Assembly: GCA_025558095.1 (NCBI GenBank)
Contig: JAIVFI010000002.1
Location: forward strand, 496,001 to 560,000
Reading direction: 5' to 3'
Length of the DNA stretch: 64,000 nt
DNA from: Hyaloraphidium curvatum SAG 235-1
Lineage: Eukaryota; Fungi; Monoblepharomycota
The notes under the pieces are model-generated. The model ran no database searches and was not told the origin of the DNA. It was given only the letters and a program-made list of their open reading frames with translations. The position numbers and the translations under genes are program-made. The stretch's first letter is position 1. Each line of letters opens with the position of its first letter. Shown here piece after piece: positions 12,345 through 24,771 of the stretch.

Positions 12345-13369
12345 ATGGATGCCATGGAACTGGGGATGGAACAGCTGCTCGACGAGACTGAGCGCGCCGC
12401 AGAGGCCGAACAGACGGGCGCAGCGGGGCAGGCCCAACAGGGCGGAACAGCCGACGAGCAGCGCAAGAGTGACGAGAAACGCGCGCTGCGGGAGCAGCGC
12501 AACGCCTTCATCGCCGACAAGGTCAAGGAGGCGGTCGAGAGCCTCAGGGCGGAGCTTGCCGTCGGCCGCAAGGAGCACTACAATCCGATCCTGATCAGAT
12601 CTCTATCACAGGCGCTGACGAGCGCCCCCCAACCCCGATACATCACGTTACCCATTTACATTAAGTTCGGGGAAGAGGGGAGGGGTTAAATGTCACCGAG
12701 CTGCCGGGTACAGGCCTCCTGGAACCTGTTCATAAGCTGTTGGCAGCCCAGCAGGCGCCCTCGCTGAACAACGGCGCTCAGACGGCCGGTCTGGCGGGCC
12801 ATGGGACCATCGACATCACAGTCTTCGCCGTCGAATTTGGTTCGCGGGGGAAGATCTCCCGAAACCAAACACGGAGCTGCTCATCCGCCGCCATACGGCC
12901 GAAGGTCGAGACAGCAAACCAAATGACTGTTTCTGAGGTCCTAGCCCTTCGGAAGGTCTAACCAACCTCGTTTGCTGCTTTTGCACGGTTCGTTTGTGGG
13001 ATTTGCGGACTCGATCATTGCCCTGGAAGACGGTGTCGTTCCTTGTGCGTCAGCACCCGTACGGTCAGGGTCTGTGGTTCGTGCGGACTCTCCGGGCCGA
13101 AAGCGGGCCTTCTACTCACGTCCTTGACGTGCCCGGGCAACCAGACCAACGCTCGTTGCCAGGGTTCGGCACTGCTGCGTCATCACTGGTCCTCTTTGTC
13201 GAGATCGGCCGAACGGGACCGCAGCCGCCGACAGGCCTGGTTGCTTGCGCAATCCAAACTCTACTATGACATTCGCTTCGGCCGATTGCATGACGTCGAA
13301 GGTACACGCTCACGTTTGCTTGATGTGCTGGCTTCAGACATGGGCCGTATCTTCGGCGCCTCGAAATAG
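12345..13369 (+). pseudogene. Degenerate coding remnants (coiled-coil segment, possible WD40-like fragments)
   Basis: Charged helical ORF MDAMELGMEQLLDE..., then out-of-frame pieces LAGHGT...FAVEF and VRLWDLRT. No continuous frame. Confidence 0.25.
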
Positions 13370-13548
13370 ACCAGATCGTCCATTTTCCGCTCTCGTTTAC
13401 TTTTTCCTCCTTCCTCTCCTTCCTTCTCCCTCCTTCCCTTTCCTTTCTTTCCCTTTCCCTTTGTGTGCGCGCGCGAAAATCAATTTCGGGCCGCCCGGGA
13501 TATGGATCGGACTCCGGTTTCCGCCTCCGGGTCGTCATAACCACAATA

Positions 13549-14139
13549 ATGTTGCCTCTCCGCTCCCTTGTCCGCTCGCCTTCGCTGCTCCGACCGCGCA
13601 GCTCGCGTGGCTTCCTTCCGGACTTTCTCCCGAAGTTTCCCGGAGCTGGACCAGTGCATCGGTTCCGGGACTCCAAGGTCTTGGGCTACAGCTCCGACCA
13701 GCTGTTCGATCTGGTCCGCAACGTGGACGAATACCGACATTTCCTCCCGCTGACGCGTTCCTCACGCGTAATCTCACCGGCAAGACCGTGTCACGCGGCC
13801 GGAGGGGAAGTTCTGCTCGCGGAACTCGCCATAGGGTTCTCCGGATTCGAGGAGTCGTACGTCAGCAGGGTTCGATGCTGGAGGCCGCGACGTGTCGAGG
13901 CGGAAGCTGCAGATACCTCTCTTTTCCGGACCATGAAGACGATATGGACGTTCGAGCCCGCGACCGCCGACGGTGTCCCCCTTCCGCGGACCCGGGTCTC
14001 GTTCGAGATCACCTTCGCCTTCAACAACCCCTTACATGCGGCTGCCGCGAGCCTGGTGTTTGGCGGGGTCAGCAAGGACGTCGTGACGGCTTTCGAAAGG
14101 AGGTGCCTAGAGCTGTACGGGGCGCCCGCTGCGATGTAG
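13549..14139 (+). CDS. COQ10: Coenzyme Q-binding START-domain protein
   Basis: Arg/Ser-rich mitochondrial presequence MLPLRSLVRS..., LGYSSDQLFDLVRNVDEYRHFLP, AELAIGFSGFEESYVSRV, VTAFERRCLELYG. Confidence 0.88.
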   Translation: MLPLRSLVRSPSLLRPRSSRGFLPDFLPKFPGAGPVHRFRDSKVLGYSSDQLFDLVRNVDEYRHFLPLTRSSRVISPARPCHAAGGEVLLAELAIGFSGFEESYVSRVRCWRPRRVEAEAADTSLFRTMKTIWTFEPATADGVPLPRTRVSFEITFAFNNPLHAAAASLVFGGVSKDVVTAFERRCLELYGAPAAM

Positions 14140-14838
14140 ATCCCACCCTCAACATCTGCTTACCATGCAGCCTCAAAGGCGTGAGAGAATAGCCACAAAG
14201 AAAGCTCGCTCTGTCCCCAACCCGTCCCGCAGACTGATCTCTGGGTTCCGAGTCCCAAGCACAGCTTCAACCGGGCGCCTAAAAGAAGGGCCAGTCATTC
14301 GGCTGCTTCATCCCATAGATATCTGGGCAATCGGGCATGCCCATTTGGCCACGAAGGAAACAAATATGCGTTGTGAAGTTCGAGTAGATTTTGCCGACCA
14401 AACCAAAGAGCCTCTGCTACAACGGAGCATGGAACCGTCAAATTATACTTCTCAATAGCTTCTATAGTTGAGGAATACAGCAAAAGCGAGTAGTGTGCAG
14501 GCTCCTCTGCTCCCGAATCGATGAGGCCGAGACGGGCACGCCTAGAGCTGAATGTATTGTCCCGCTATAATTTGCGGCAACTCTGGAAAAAACATTGTTC
14601 TGGCTTAAAGTGCCGCAAAAACATAGAAGTGGGAATAGTTCGGCGACTTCACATTACGCAATGCGGGCCGAAAGTGCCGGCCAACGCTGCAACCTGCGTA
14701 TCACACCTTCATTTCTGATGCTCCGGCGCGCCCGGCGCGTTGTAGGCCGCATTCCGGTTAACAGCTATTGCCGCGACGGCAGGATGGCCCAACGTTTGTT
14801 GATGCGGAACTGGGCATCGATAACTGCTCCATAGTCGA

Positions 14839-16000
14839 TTATGGCATCCAATCCAAGAATAGATTGATAAAGTTTGGGCTAATGATCATCAACGTCATCT
14901 TGAGTGACATTTGATCCATCATCAATGGGGTGCTCATGCATGGCCTGTATGTGTCGAGCAGGTGGGTCAAAGCCTGTGGCTGCAACAACCCCTCAAAATG
15001 AACTTTGCTTAGCTGCGTTCCGTTGGCGTACTGCATCAAAAACGACGAGTCACTCTCTTCTTGAATAAACTTGGGGAACAGGGCGCAAAGCTCAGGAACC
15101 GGGGACACAATCTTATAGAAGAAGATTAGCGGTACTGGATTTGAAATCATAGAAACCCAGGCTGCAGAAGAGAGACTCGTCATACGCGTTGAATGCTTTG
15201 TCATCAATGCAAATGTCACCGTACGGCTTGCCAAAGTGAATTTCGTCATACTCGATGCCCAGCTGCCGCAAGCTCTCCAACGTTGCGAGCCCCACATTCT
15301 TCACAGCTCTGCCAACGTTGTGACGCGATGTAACCATGTTGCGTGCTGTGCAAATGATGATTTCATGACCCTCGGTTACGGACACAAAACTGGGCAATAC
15401 GTTCCACACGGCTAACGGTGCTGTAATCTTTGTAATCATTCGGCCACGTTACCAGCGTGTTGTCTAAATCAAAGACAATTCGCAGCTTATAGTGCTTGAG
15501 CTTAGGCGAGTTGAGGCCGATGTCTTTATCTTATCTGTGCAAAACGCCCGGCAGGTAATGGCACTTTACAGGCAACCCTCAAGCAATCATGCGGCTAAAT
15601 ACATGCGAAAGGAAAGATTCACCTGTGTCATCCTTGATGACTTGCTTGCAAAAGTCGCGGCACACGTTCAGGTTGGCAAATTCGTAGCCCCCAACGCAAA
15701 CGTAATCGGAAAATGGCGACGCTCTTCAATGTCGGTCACGCGGTCCTTGTCATCGAAGTTGATAAAGGAGTAGTGAGATAGACCAGTTGGATTACTGCTG
15801 TAGAGCAAAAAGTTTCCCGGCGGCAGAGCTCCCAAATCCAGCCCCTCGTACACGTTGTCACTGTCAAGCACAAGTAGTTGATCATCGCCGTACAATGCCT
15901 CGGGTGTGAGCGCCTGGCATCCATATCGTTGCCGTTGGCACACAGGAAAGCGATAGGAGTGAAAGAACACACAGAGGGATGAGACAAGCTGCCTTGCCTT
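14839..16000 (-). pseudogene. Fragmented nucleotidyltransferase + HAD capsule-biosynthesis phosphatase (EcbF/BcbF-like) + kinase-like gene
   Basis: LLVLDSDNVY...YSFI...VTDIEE; LRIVFDLDNTLV (HAD motif I, about 15452-15488); GHEIIICTARNM...HNVGRAVKNVG...YDEIHFGKPYGDICIDDKA; then YKIV...LFPKFI. Several frameshifts, stops and deletions. Confidence 0.8.
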
Positions 16001-18580
16001 CCGATCTATCTGATCTGGCTGGCTCTTTTAAGCTAATTGTCTTTTTCCAGCTCGTCATCGTCATCCTCCCTCGGGTAAGATCCCTGAAGAAGAGTGGCTG
16101 CTTGTTCTTTGTCCTACATCACCGTCTCTGGTCAAGAAAACATGGAGCAAAGCCTCATCCTTTCTACTTACTACATCTGATGCCGTGCCTCTCTCCAAAT
16201 CACCCGTAACAGGAGCCGATGTCTCCGAGGCAGGATAGCGCATGTAAATGTACGTCGCAACAAACACGTTGCACACGCCTATAGCATTTGTGTAAGAAAT
16301 CGGAGCCGAAAAAAGAGCAGCTGACAAGAGGAGGAGAATGGCCGTCGAAAAGGTGGTGGCGACGCTCTTGACAATGGCATCGGCATACTTATAGACAGCG
16401 GTAATCACGATACCCATCAGAGAGTTGAGAACAACGACAAGAATGGCAAGGAAACTGTATCCCTCGAAAAAACCAGGCTCCGGATTCTCATTTCCGGCCA
16501 GCGCGATCGACTTTATCAGGAAAGCTACATTTGTTGAACAGAAAGCCAGTGAAATATAGCAGAATATTGATAGCGTGCAAGGACAATGCTGCTGTCTTCG
16601 TCACATGATCTGTAGGCTCCATTTGCCGCCGTCATGGTGACCTGGACCAGCAGGATGATGTAGCCCACCAGTGGTGCCGCCACCGTCTGCTTGCACTCAT
16701 TGTACTGAGATTGCACGAGCCCAAGCATTTGAATCGCCATGGCAATCCATTGCAATTGCGAAATTGGTCTCGATAGTATGAAGAAGAGGATGAACGCCGT
16801 CAAGAAAGTGGACCCAGACTTGACGAGCTGAATTGTACCCGGCGATGCCAGCAGAAAGGCATAAAAAGCAAGATGGTTATTAACCGCGTACGAGAAAGAC
16901 AGAAGACTTATGTTCCGCAGCAGTGTCGGTGACACAGAGGTTCTGAAATCGTTCACGATTGTCCAAAGCTCATTTAGGAAACTTGCCGGGCTCCGAACAC
17001 TCTCGCACTTCCTGTCCAAGGACGACACATACAGTACGGCAGAAAGCCCAAGTTTAAAGAGTTCGGACATTGCCAGAGCTGAAGCCTGAGAGAACTCATA
17101 GCGACCCCCTCTTTGCGAGAGCTTGTAAACCAGTGCAACCGAAACTTGTATTGCCACAAGCGACGCAAACACAAGCAACTTGGGGCCCAAGGCCGTCGCT
17201 CGCGAGGCCATGTCTGTAGCTTGTAGCTTAGCCTGGGGCTGGGCAGTAAGGCACTTATTGAGTGGAATCAAAACTTTCGCAAACTTTCATTCGCGCCCGA
17301 AGCGCGCCGGGTTCCGGGGGCGAAGCCCCCAGGCCGGGGTTAGGGGGCTGCCGCCCCTTAAAGCTTGGGAGAAGGAGGATTTGGGCCCCGTTTGGCCGTG
17401 GAGGATGTGGGACCCGCGATCGCCGCCGGGACAACGGAGGCTTGGTCGAGCCATGTCACAGTATAGAGTGTCCAGAAACTACAAGTGCAATCAAGAACTG
17501 TCCCTCTTGTTGCGCTTCGGTTTAGGCCGAATCACAGCCATCCCCTGCTCCTGGTTGGGCGGTAGTCAACGCTGTTGCAGGATCTGCAACAGCAATGAAA
17601 GACGTCAGGCGATTCTGGTGTGCTGCGGGGCAGATGGCTGCTCGCGAGATGTCTTCTGATTGTGGTCGACAGTCCTGGCGGACGAACGCCTCCCGCCGGA
17701 GTTCATCGCCGAATTGACCGAACGCTCCTGCGGGAGAGCACCTCCCGCGGAGAATCCATAGCCGAATTGATCGAAGGGTCCTGCGGGCGAGCGCCTCCCG
17801 CGGAGCTTCGTTAGTACAAGCATGCTGGACGGTCGCAATCGTCTCACCTCCAGGGTCGTCGACAACGTAAGTCCGACGGTACTCATCCAAGCTCCGGAGC
17901 ACCTCGTACCTCATCATTGCTGTTCCGATTCGGAACCCCTGTCAAAGATGGCTAGGACCTTGCGCACCATCTCATACGGGCTCTGCGCGGGCGCCTGGTG
18001 CAACACTACGGCCCACCTCGTCGCAACGCCAAGGGGCCGCGCGATGAGCTGAACCGCTGCCATGGCAATGTTCAAGTGGCCGTCGACAAGCCGGCAGCCT
18101 TCTTCTTGCCCGCCGCAGAAGACATCCTTCAACTTGCTGCGTTCACGGCTCGTCGGAAGGAAGGCTACGAAGGGGCGAAGCTCCGAGAGCGTGCTGAAGC
18201 GAATCCGAGGCTGATCCGAGCCACAACACCTCAGCGGTCGCACAAAGTGTCGGGAAAGTCGATCGAGTCCAAAAGGCCCCGGCTCGGCGCCGGCAGGTGA
18301 AGAGATTCGGGGCTCCGCGCGAGTCGGGGACGCGGGACGCTGCGGCCGACACGAAGTCTCCCGAGCGTCAAGCGGGTCCGGCCGACCCCGTGGCAGTTTG
18401 CTCAGATGTTTCTCCGGCAGATTGGCGTTCCCAGAGCGGCCGCAGAGAGGTCGGGGGGAGCGGGTGCAATTCTGTTCTGGAAGCCGCTTAGAGCCGTTGC
18501 GACCTTCTCGGGTCGGGAAGGCGGCGGGTAAAACCGCGCAGAGAGTCACATGCGGGGGTTCGTTTTTCGAACCTCCATCA
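15875..18580. repeat. Segmental duplication copy 1; copy 2 is 32784-34010 plus 46579-48058
   Basis: Near-identical direct copies starting TAGTTGATCATCGCCG. Looser similarity continues to about 18650/48127 and again at 18738-18838/48522-48608. Confidence 0.95.
16033..17211 (-). pseudogene. SLC35A-type nucleotide-sugar transporter, copy 1 (frameshifted)
   Basis: Multi-TM protein with SELFKL, YAVNNHL, VYKYADAIVK. One intron 16114-16171 gives ...EDDDELEKDN*. Versus copy 2 it has a 2-bp deletion near 16610 and one extra T near 16530. Confidence 0.85.
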
Positions 18581-18874
18581 CAGGTGCGGGGCCGCGTCGG
18601 AGCACGCCCCCGGCCTTCTGGTGGTAGGCAGCTGCGGAGCAGCTTTCGGACAGATTTCCCACCCACCCGCCTCAGTTGTACGGATATGCTAGCGGGTCGG
18701 GATCATGTACTTCGGTTCCATAATATATGGAGCCCACGGGCGGGGCTCCGGAGACCGCTTAGGCGGCCCGGGGCCTCGTTCCACGGCAAGCCATGGATAT
18801 CGGACATCGGACACCGCGGTGATCGGGGGCAAGGTTTTGACCTAATTAACGCGGCCAGCTTTAGCCTGACTGCC
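18082..18874. repeat. Dispersed repeat family, with a third inverted copy at 53598-54070
   Basis: 18082-18475 matches the reverse complement of about 53670-54070. CCTAATTAAC..CAGCTTTAGCCTGA(C/T)TGCC at 18841-18874 matches inverted 53598-53627. Confidence 0.8.
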
Positions 18875-19009
18875 TAGCCTAGGACAGTTCGAAAGGTTTT
18901 TTTTTCGTATCCGAGCACACCGCCGCATTGTCTAACCCTAACCACGGAATATAAACCTCTGCGCGCCCCGTTGAAGAGGCAAAGTGCTGCTACTACCGCG
19001 TATGGCCCG

Positions 19010-21932
19010 ATGAAAGTGCCATGCCGAGTGTTCGGAAGGGCGAGGACGTCTATACTGAACTATGCCATCTGCCTCGGACTCGGCCTATTCTTGCTCAGGC
19101 CTTGGGTTAGCCACGTGGCTCCTGTCCGAAGCTTTTCTCCTGCCCTGGAGTCGTTGTCCCGAGGGGACCGTTTTGTGCTTGTATTCCCAGTTGTTGCAAA
19201 GGACATAGCAAAGGTAATCTCCGACTGCATTTGCGTATGTATGATACCGGATCACTGAGACAAGGAAGATGGAGACTATCCTTGACACCTATGGCGCCGT
19301 CGGCCAGCCTTGCAGCGGCAGGTTTACGGCGGTCACGGACTTCTATTTCCTCTACAATCTGATTCAAGACGGCACAGTCGATGCCCTCAACCGAAAACTG
19401 GCGCAGTCTTCTTCTTTTCGCAAAATGTCGCGATGCTTCCATGAGACGGGCGTCGTGTTTGCGAACCTCTCTGGTTTGTTTTCTAGCCAGGTCCTATGCC
19501 TGACAATTGACACCCCCCCCCCCAGGGATTGAAGACGAATATCCCGCAGGGTGGGTATGGCGGGAACTTTTCTGGGCCCCGACTCACTCTCTATTGTTTG
19601 GAGGCCTTCCAACATGTTTTTCAAGCTCATAGAATCACCGGATCTCAAGTGGTTTCGAAGTAGGTATAAACTTGCGTTTTGGGCGGAGTCGGACGTTGGT
19701 GAGTACATCTGGCCGCAGTTATGATTCAGTCGTTTGACAGCTGGCTTTAGAACCTATTCGGCCCATGTGGGCAGACGCGCTCTACATTGAGGCAACGTTA
19801 CCGACTTCCTACAACGGCCTCGAACCGGACTATTGGATGAAAGGAAGCGTATACAGAGGTCGTGGTTTTGACCAAGCAGTTCTTTATCGGGAAAACTGGA
19901 ACTGGTAATGCACAAGTTTCTCTGGAGTGTGAGCTTCCCTAACCGTGGCTGCAGGGTCGACCACCTGAATGGTAACGCGTTTTATCGCTTGAATGATCCT
20001 GAGTTTGAAGACTTCGTGAGAATCACAAAGGTAATTTGCTGCGTTTAGTCAGGTCGTTGAGTCTCACCGTGCTGCCTAAGGAGTACGAACCACCAAATGA
20101 TTATTGGAAGCCTTTTGACATTGCGATGATGTAGGTTTGCTCCTTCTATGTCGAGCTGCCACTGATTGCAAGAATTCAACTAGGCGCGTTTTGAACTCCA
20201 ATCCTTATGGATGGGTGATTCGGTGAGATGCTTGCCATCATCGCGAATACTGATGGCTGACTTGTAGTTTCAGCCAATATGCTGCCCGGAAGTGAGCCTT
20301 CACGTTGCACACTATTCCTTTGCTACTTACATTGGCGACAGGTTCGTCTCGACTGATTTCATCCAGCATTTTGGTTGGTATTGTCGCGGGTATGTGATAA
20401 CGTGGCTCACTCCTTGCGGAAAAGGCTTTTCGAGTGACGCAGCAACGGCAGCCGCTCTTTCTAATCGGCGGACTAGCTTTATCCATGGCAAACCGGGTTC
20501 GGCGGGCGACGTAGCCTACAAAGCGAAGTACAATGCGCTGGGCCAACCGCGTCTTCGGAACGTCTCGGAGGCCGAGAAATTAGGAGCAATTCGTCCCGAG
20601 CATAAGCTCTGTGTGCTGTTGCGGACTTTCAAGGTTGATTTGCCGTGGGTGTCCTCCGGAATCCAATTTGGTTGTCATTAATGGTTCCTGTTGTGTCTAG
20701 CTATGCTAAGCTAGCAGCCAAATCAGCACTCAAGCACATATGGCACCTCAACGAACTTGTGGTCGTGGTTGTGCAGAAGGATCTCGATTTGGCACAGAAG
20801 GCCTTTGAAGGGAAGGATTTCCTTCAGGTGCGGGTTGTGGCGGAGCAAGAAGTATTGCAAAACGGTCATATGCAGCAAAAGTAAGCTTGCCAGAGACGTG
20901 ACGTTTCAGCAATTGAGTTAACTCTGTGTTTTCCAGGTATACGAAGGTGATGCAAGATGAATCTGGCGGTGTGCACCTTTGATTGACGTCATCAGAAGCT
21001 CAACGCCGATATCTACTGCCCGAAGGACACTCGCTACGTATTCCATCTGGATTCGGACGTGGTTCTTACTCGTCCGCTGCTGGTGCGAGATGTGTTTTTC
21101 CGCGGCCGACCCATGGTGCAATACGCCCCGTACGAGTCGATGCCGTCTGGCGACCGGCAGTGGCAGGCTGGCACCTCGAGCGCCGTGAAACAGAGTGTTA
21201 CTTTGGAATTTTCCAGGTAGAGTGCCCTGATCACGTCACATACATTCGACTGTTGATTTCTTTCCTGCAGGACGAATGCGCATGGTAAAGCACCTCGTTG
21301 CCTTCCCTCGTACGTTGCTAATGAACTACAGTCTACCCAATCGAGGCGTACTCTCGCGTTAGGGCTTTCTTGGAGAAGGCGCACGGTGTCAGTTTGATCG
21401 ACTTTCTACGAACGAGACGAGGGCGCCTTATGGAAGACGCCTTCGAAGCGGGTAACTTTAGCCAGTCGACTGTGACCACGGATAACCTTTTCAGTGACTT
21501 CAACACAATTGTAGGTCTTGTCAAAGAAGTGATACACTAACATCTGAGACGGTCTGACAGGGTGCATATCTCTACCATTATGAACGTCACCTCGTCTCTT
21601 TTGTTCCTTTCTACGTGAACAACCCGACGATAATCACAAGTTTTGCCGATGTGTTTCCAGTGACGCCGTGGCTTGTGTGCCAAGGGAATGCGAGATTGAA
21701 CCTAGACTACAGCATGGTTGCATATGGACTTTCCCTCCTGGATAGGGAACTGGCGGCGCTGAAACGTGCCATGGGTTGGTGCTTAGCGTCCATTTCAAGG
21801 AATCTCTTTAATTTTTGTCGCCTAGATGGAGGATGGGAGGCTGGTTGTTGGGAGGTTATTGCTCTGTTCCAGGAGCTGCAGAAGAGAGCAATCACGGCTC
21901 AGGAACGCTTTCAAAGAGAGAAGCCCAAATGA
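19010..21932 (+). CDS. Type II membrane protein with two glycosyltransferase-like domains, intron-rich
   Basis: TM YAICLGLGLFLL. Domain 1: DEYPAGPSNMFFKL...FWAESDVEPIR...YWMKGSVYRG...HLNGNAFYRLND...PFDIA. Domain 2: VLLRTFKVDL...GHMQQK...ADIYC...VFHLDSDVVLTRP...QWQAGT...FSDFNTIG (DxD; DUF6492-like by recall). The exons I checked splice in frame. Confidence 0.75.
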
Positions 21933-22047
21933 TGGCACTGAGACACTTGTTAATGGAAAGCTCGTGCGCCAGTGCAATTACTCGTCGACTGGGTGGTCAA
22001 GCTGCATGTACGCCCTGGATGAGCTGCTCATTACCATAATCAATACA

Positions 22048-23320
22048 TCCCAGAGGTCCTAGAATTCGATCGCCCGCCCGTTGCCGGAGCGGAACCCGAC
22101 GAGTCCGTCGACCAGGTGGAGTGTGCGCGCACGCAGGTTCAGGATCTTCTGAAACGGCGAAATTCGCACCCTCTTGTTGCGGTAGATCTGGCCCTTCGAC
22201 AGGTGGTACTGTGCGACAGCCAGAACATCAGAGTCCAAGTAGGTATCAGCCAAAACGCCGGGCGCTTTGATTCTGTCGATGGAGTTCTTCCTGTCGACTT
22301 CGAGCACCTTGAGCAGCTTCTCCAGCTCCTTCACGGCATAGCAATCCCGGAGCTTGACGTGCACCTCGGGTTAACTGGCCTGCGGAAAGTAGTTCTGGTC
22401 CGTAGGGGGTACTATTCGAGCGAACTGATTGTTCCGACAGCGGTGTCCGCCAAGCTGGTCGGAAAGATGGAGCTCCTGCTCTTCCCGCGCCTGCTCTTCG
22501 CGGCGTTCCCGCTCCTCTTCGTTCTCCTCCATCTCCTCCCGCGATCGCTTCTTGCCGCTCGTCTTCTTCGGCCTCCGTGACAGGTACTCCACGAAGAGGG
22601 CCACGGCGTCTCCCCAAATCGGCCATGCCGGGAGCTTCTCCGTCTTGCAAAACTGCAGGTATGCTGTCATCTGCGGCCGGTAAAGAGAGGTCGAGGTCGT
22701 CGTCTGGTCCTGCCGCGCCTATCGAGCTGTTCGAGGGCCCGGCACGAGATTTCCGACGGGATGGGTACGGCGTTCTGAATCTGCAAGCGAAGCCCGCCTA
22801 GAACGAGCTGCAGGCCGGCAGAGGGGAGAACAGTCTCGGCGTCGTCCCCAGGAGCGTCTCCGGCCGAGGTAGCGGGCGCGCTGGGATCGCTGGGGGAGGT
22901 GGAAGGTGCAGCTGTCGAGGGCGAACCGGGGAGGGCTGTCCGGCCACAGGCAGAGCTGTTCCGCCCGCGGTCTTATTTTTTTTCGGCGTTAGAGCCTCCG
23001 AAGCCCTTCCGGACGGGGCCGCAGGGGAGCCTTTTTAGGTGGCAGGACAGGTCAGCGTGGTGTTCCTCGCGGCGGGCTTCCGGCACAAACTTACCGCCGC
23101 CTTCCCCCGTATGCTGGTCCCTCCCTTAGTCTTGGTCTCCCGTCGCGCAGGCAGGGTCGGCGTGGGCAGCTCCAACGGCGTCTCGATCTCCTCCTTCAAC
23201 TCCGTGTTGAGTTGCACGTATTCAATCTTCGAGATCGACGCATTTCGGGCCCACACCACCTCCCTCTTCCCTTTCCCCTTTCTCTTGGGCGGTCCTGGGG
23301 CATCCGCCGGCAGCTCTTAC
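22048..23320 (-). pseudogene. 5' part of a Crypton-like (Ndc10-type) tyrosine recombinase gene, truncated just after the box I Arg
   Basis: AYLQFCKTEKLPAWPIWGDAVALFVEY, KLRDCYAVKELEK...DTY...VAQYHL and LRARTLHL...FRSGNGR align with the Crypton protein at 62131 (HKLWCRGNGVEPFPV..., VRNRALHL...DRSSDVR). Confidence 0.75.
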
Positions 23321-24231
23321 AACACGAGCTAGAGCGCGAACGCGCAGACAAGAGGGGCTGACGCGTCCCGTGATGGAGGATTCCATGGAGAAGCTGTCTT
23401 TGCCTCTGAGTCTGGACACTGAGGAAGAGCAGTCTTTGCCGCTGAGTCCTTCAGCGAAACTCCTGCGGGCCTCTCCGAAGGCTCGCTCACCTTCGCCCTC
23501 GGGGTCAGAGTGCCCGGTCTTTTCGCCTACGGAAGATCCTACGCATGAGGAATGGCAATCTGGTGGCCAGAGGAGTCGCTCATTTTTGCCGTTGGGAAAC
23601 CTGGAGAACCCTGCAGAGTGCCAGAAGTTCCACTGGAAGGTGGATCGCATGTTCGACGGCACCGATACGCCCAAGGAGCTCCACTATTTCGAATCTCCTT
23701 GGGCCTCGCCTTCCTCTCGATCCCCAACGTTGACTCCCGAGATGCGGGATGGCCTTCCGCTGAGCTGGGTGACGTACTCCCCGGTAACACCGGTCTCCAG
23801 AGAGGTTCGTTCCTCCGCGGTTTCAAGCGCCGGCAAGACAGAACCCTGGAAAGAACCGGAGGAGGTCGATGCCAGATGCTAGAGAGCTGTACGATTGGAT
23901 TGCTCAAATTCAGGACCAATGAGGTGAACTTGACCCGATCGCGGCGAGTTCTGGGTGAAGTCCAGCGAGGTTTTCTGCCCCGGATTGGAGCCGGATTGGG
24001 TCGGATTGTAGAGTGCCTCCTCGCATCCGTGCCGGATTGAGGATTGGATTTTTCCAAAAACATGCAAGACTGAGGATTGGCCAGTCACGTGAGGGTCCTC
24101 GACCGGGAGCTTCCTCACTTAACTTGTTCGGGCTAAAACGACCCCACCAAACTACACAACGTGATCGGGCTAAAACGACCCCACCAAACTGTGTTAGTTT
24201 GCGCGTGTGGTGAGTTGCCAGGAGCGGGTTA

Positions 24232-24771
24232 TTGCCGTTTCTCCAAAGCTTGCCCACCCGGCCCCACCCCGCACACAAAACTGGGCGCCGAATCTCCCAT
24301 CCCCCAGGCCACGGCAAAAGCAGGAACCAATAGGAAATACCCGGAAATGTTTCATATTTGATGCGCTCTATGTATCTGTTCCGTTGTCTGCTTGCAAAAC
24401 TGCCGAGGGCGGGAGGCCCAAAGCACCGTGCTGGGCTCAACCCGCGGTTCTCGGATTACAGCGCCTCACTGGTCCGCGTACATATCCCAAAACAATGTGC
24501 AGACTGCATTCGCCGTACCCAGGCCTGCTGAGCAGCGCCTTGAGCAGTCTTCCTGGCCGTCGCTGAGGGGCACCCGGTCAACGAGACCCAGCAGCAAACC
24601 ACTGTGTTTCGTCCCACACACCCCACGGCGGCAGAAAGAAAGCGGCAAATATGAAACTTTCGCGCCGGTTAGCTGGTTCTCGCTCCAACGGTTACGGGGT
24701 GAGTGCGGTTGCAGTTAGGCAAGCGTTTCGTTCGCGGAAATTGGGGTGGGCAAGCTTTGCCCAAACGGCCA
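24232..24771. mobile_element. Tc1/IS630-type MITE (internal deletion derivative) with TA TSD
   Basis: TIRs TTGCCGTTTCTCCAAAGCTTGCCCACCC and TGGCCGTTTGGGCAAAGCTTGCCCACCC (reverse complement). TA on both sides. Empty site visible in the paralogous TIR near 54640-54690. Interior resembles exon 1 of the PHD gene at 29536. Confidence 0.88.

Noticed and set aside
14165-14830. Possible additional membrane-protein gene
   Set aside because: Only short hydrophobic fragments with stops; no supportable call.
16061-16064. ATGA overlap suggesting prokaryotic translational coupling
   Set aside because: A GTAAGT...TAG intron (16114-16171) gives a better transporter C-terminus ending at 16033, so the overlap comes from the unspliced frame.
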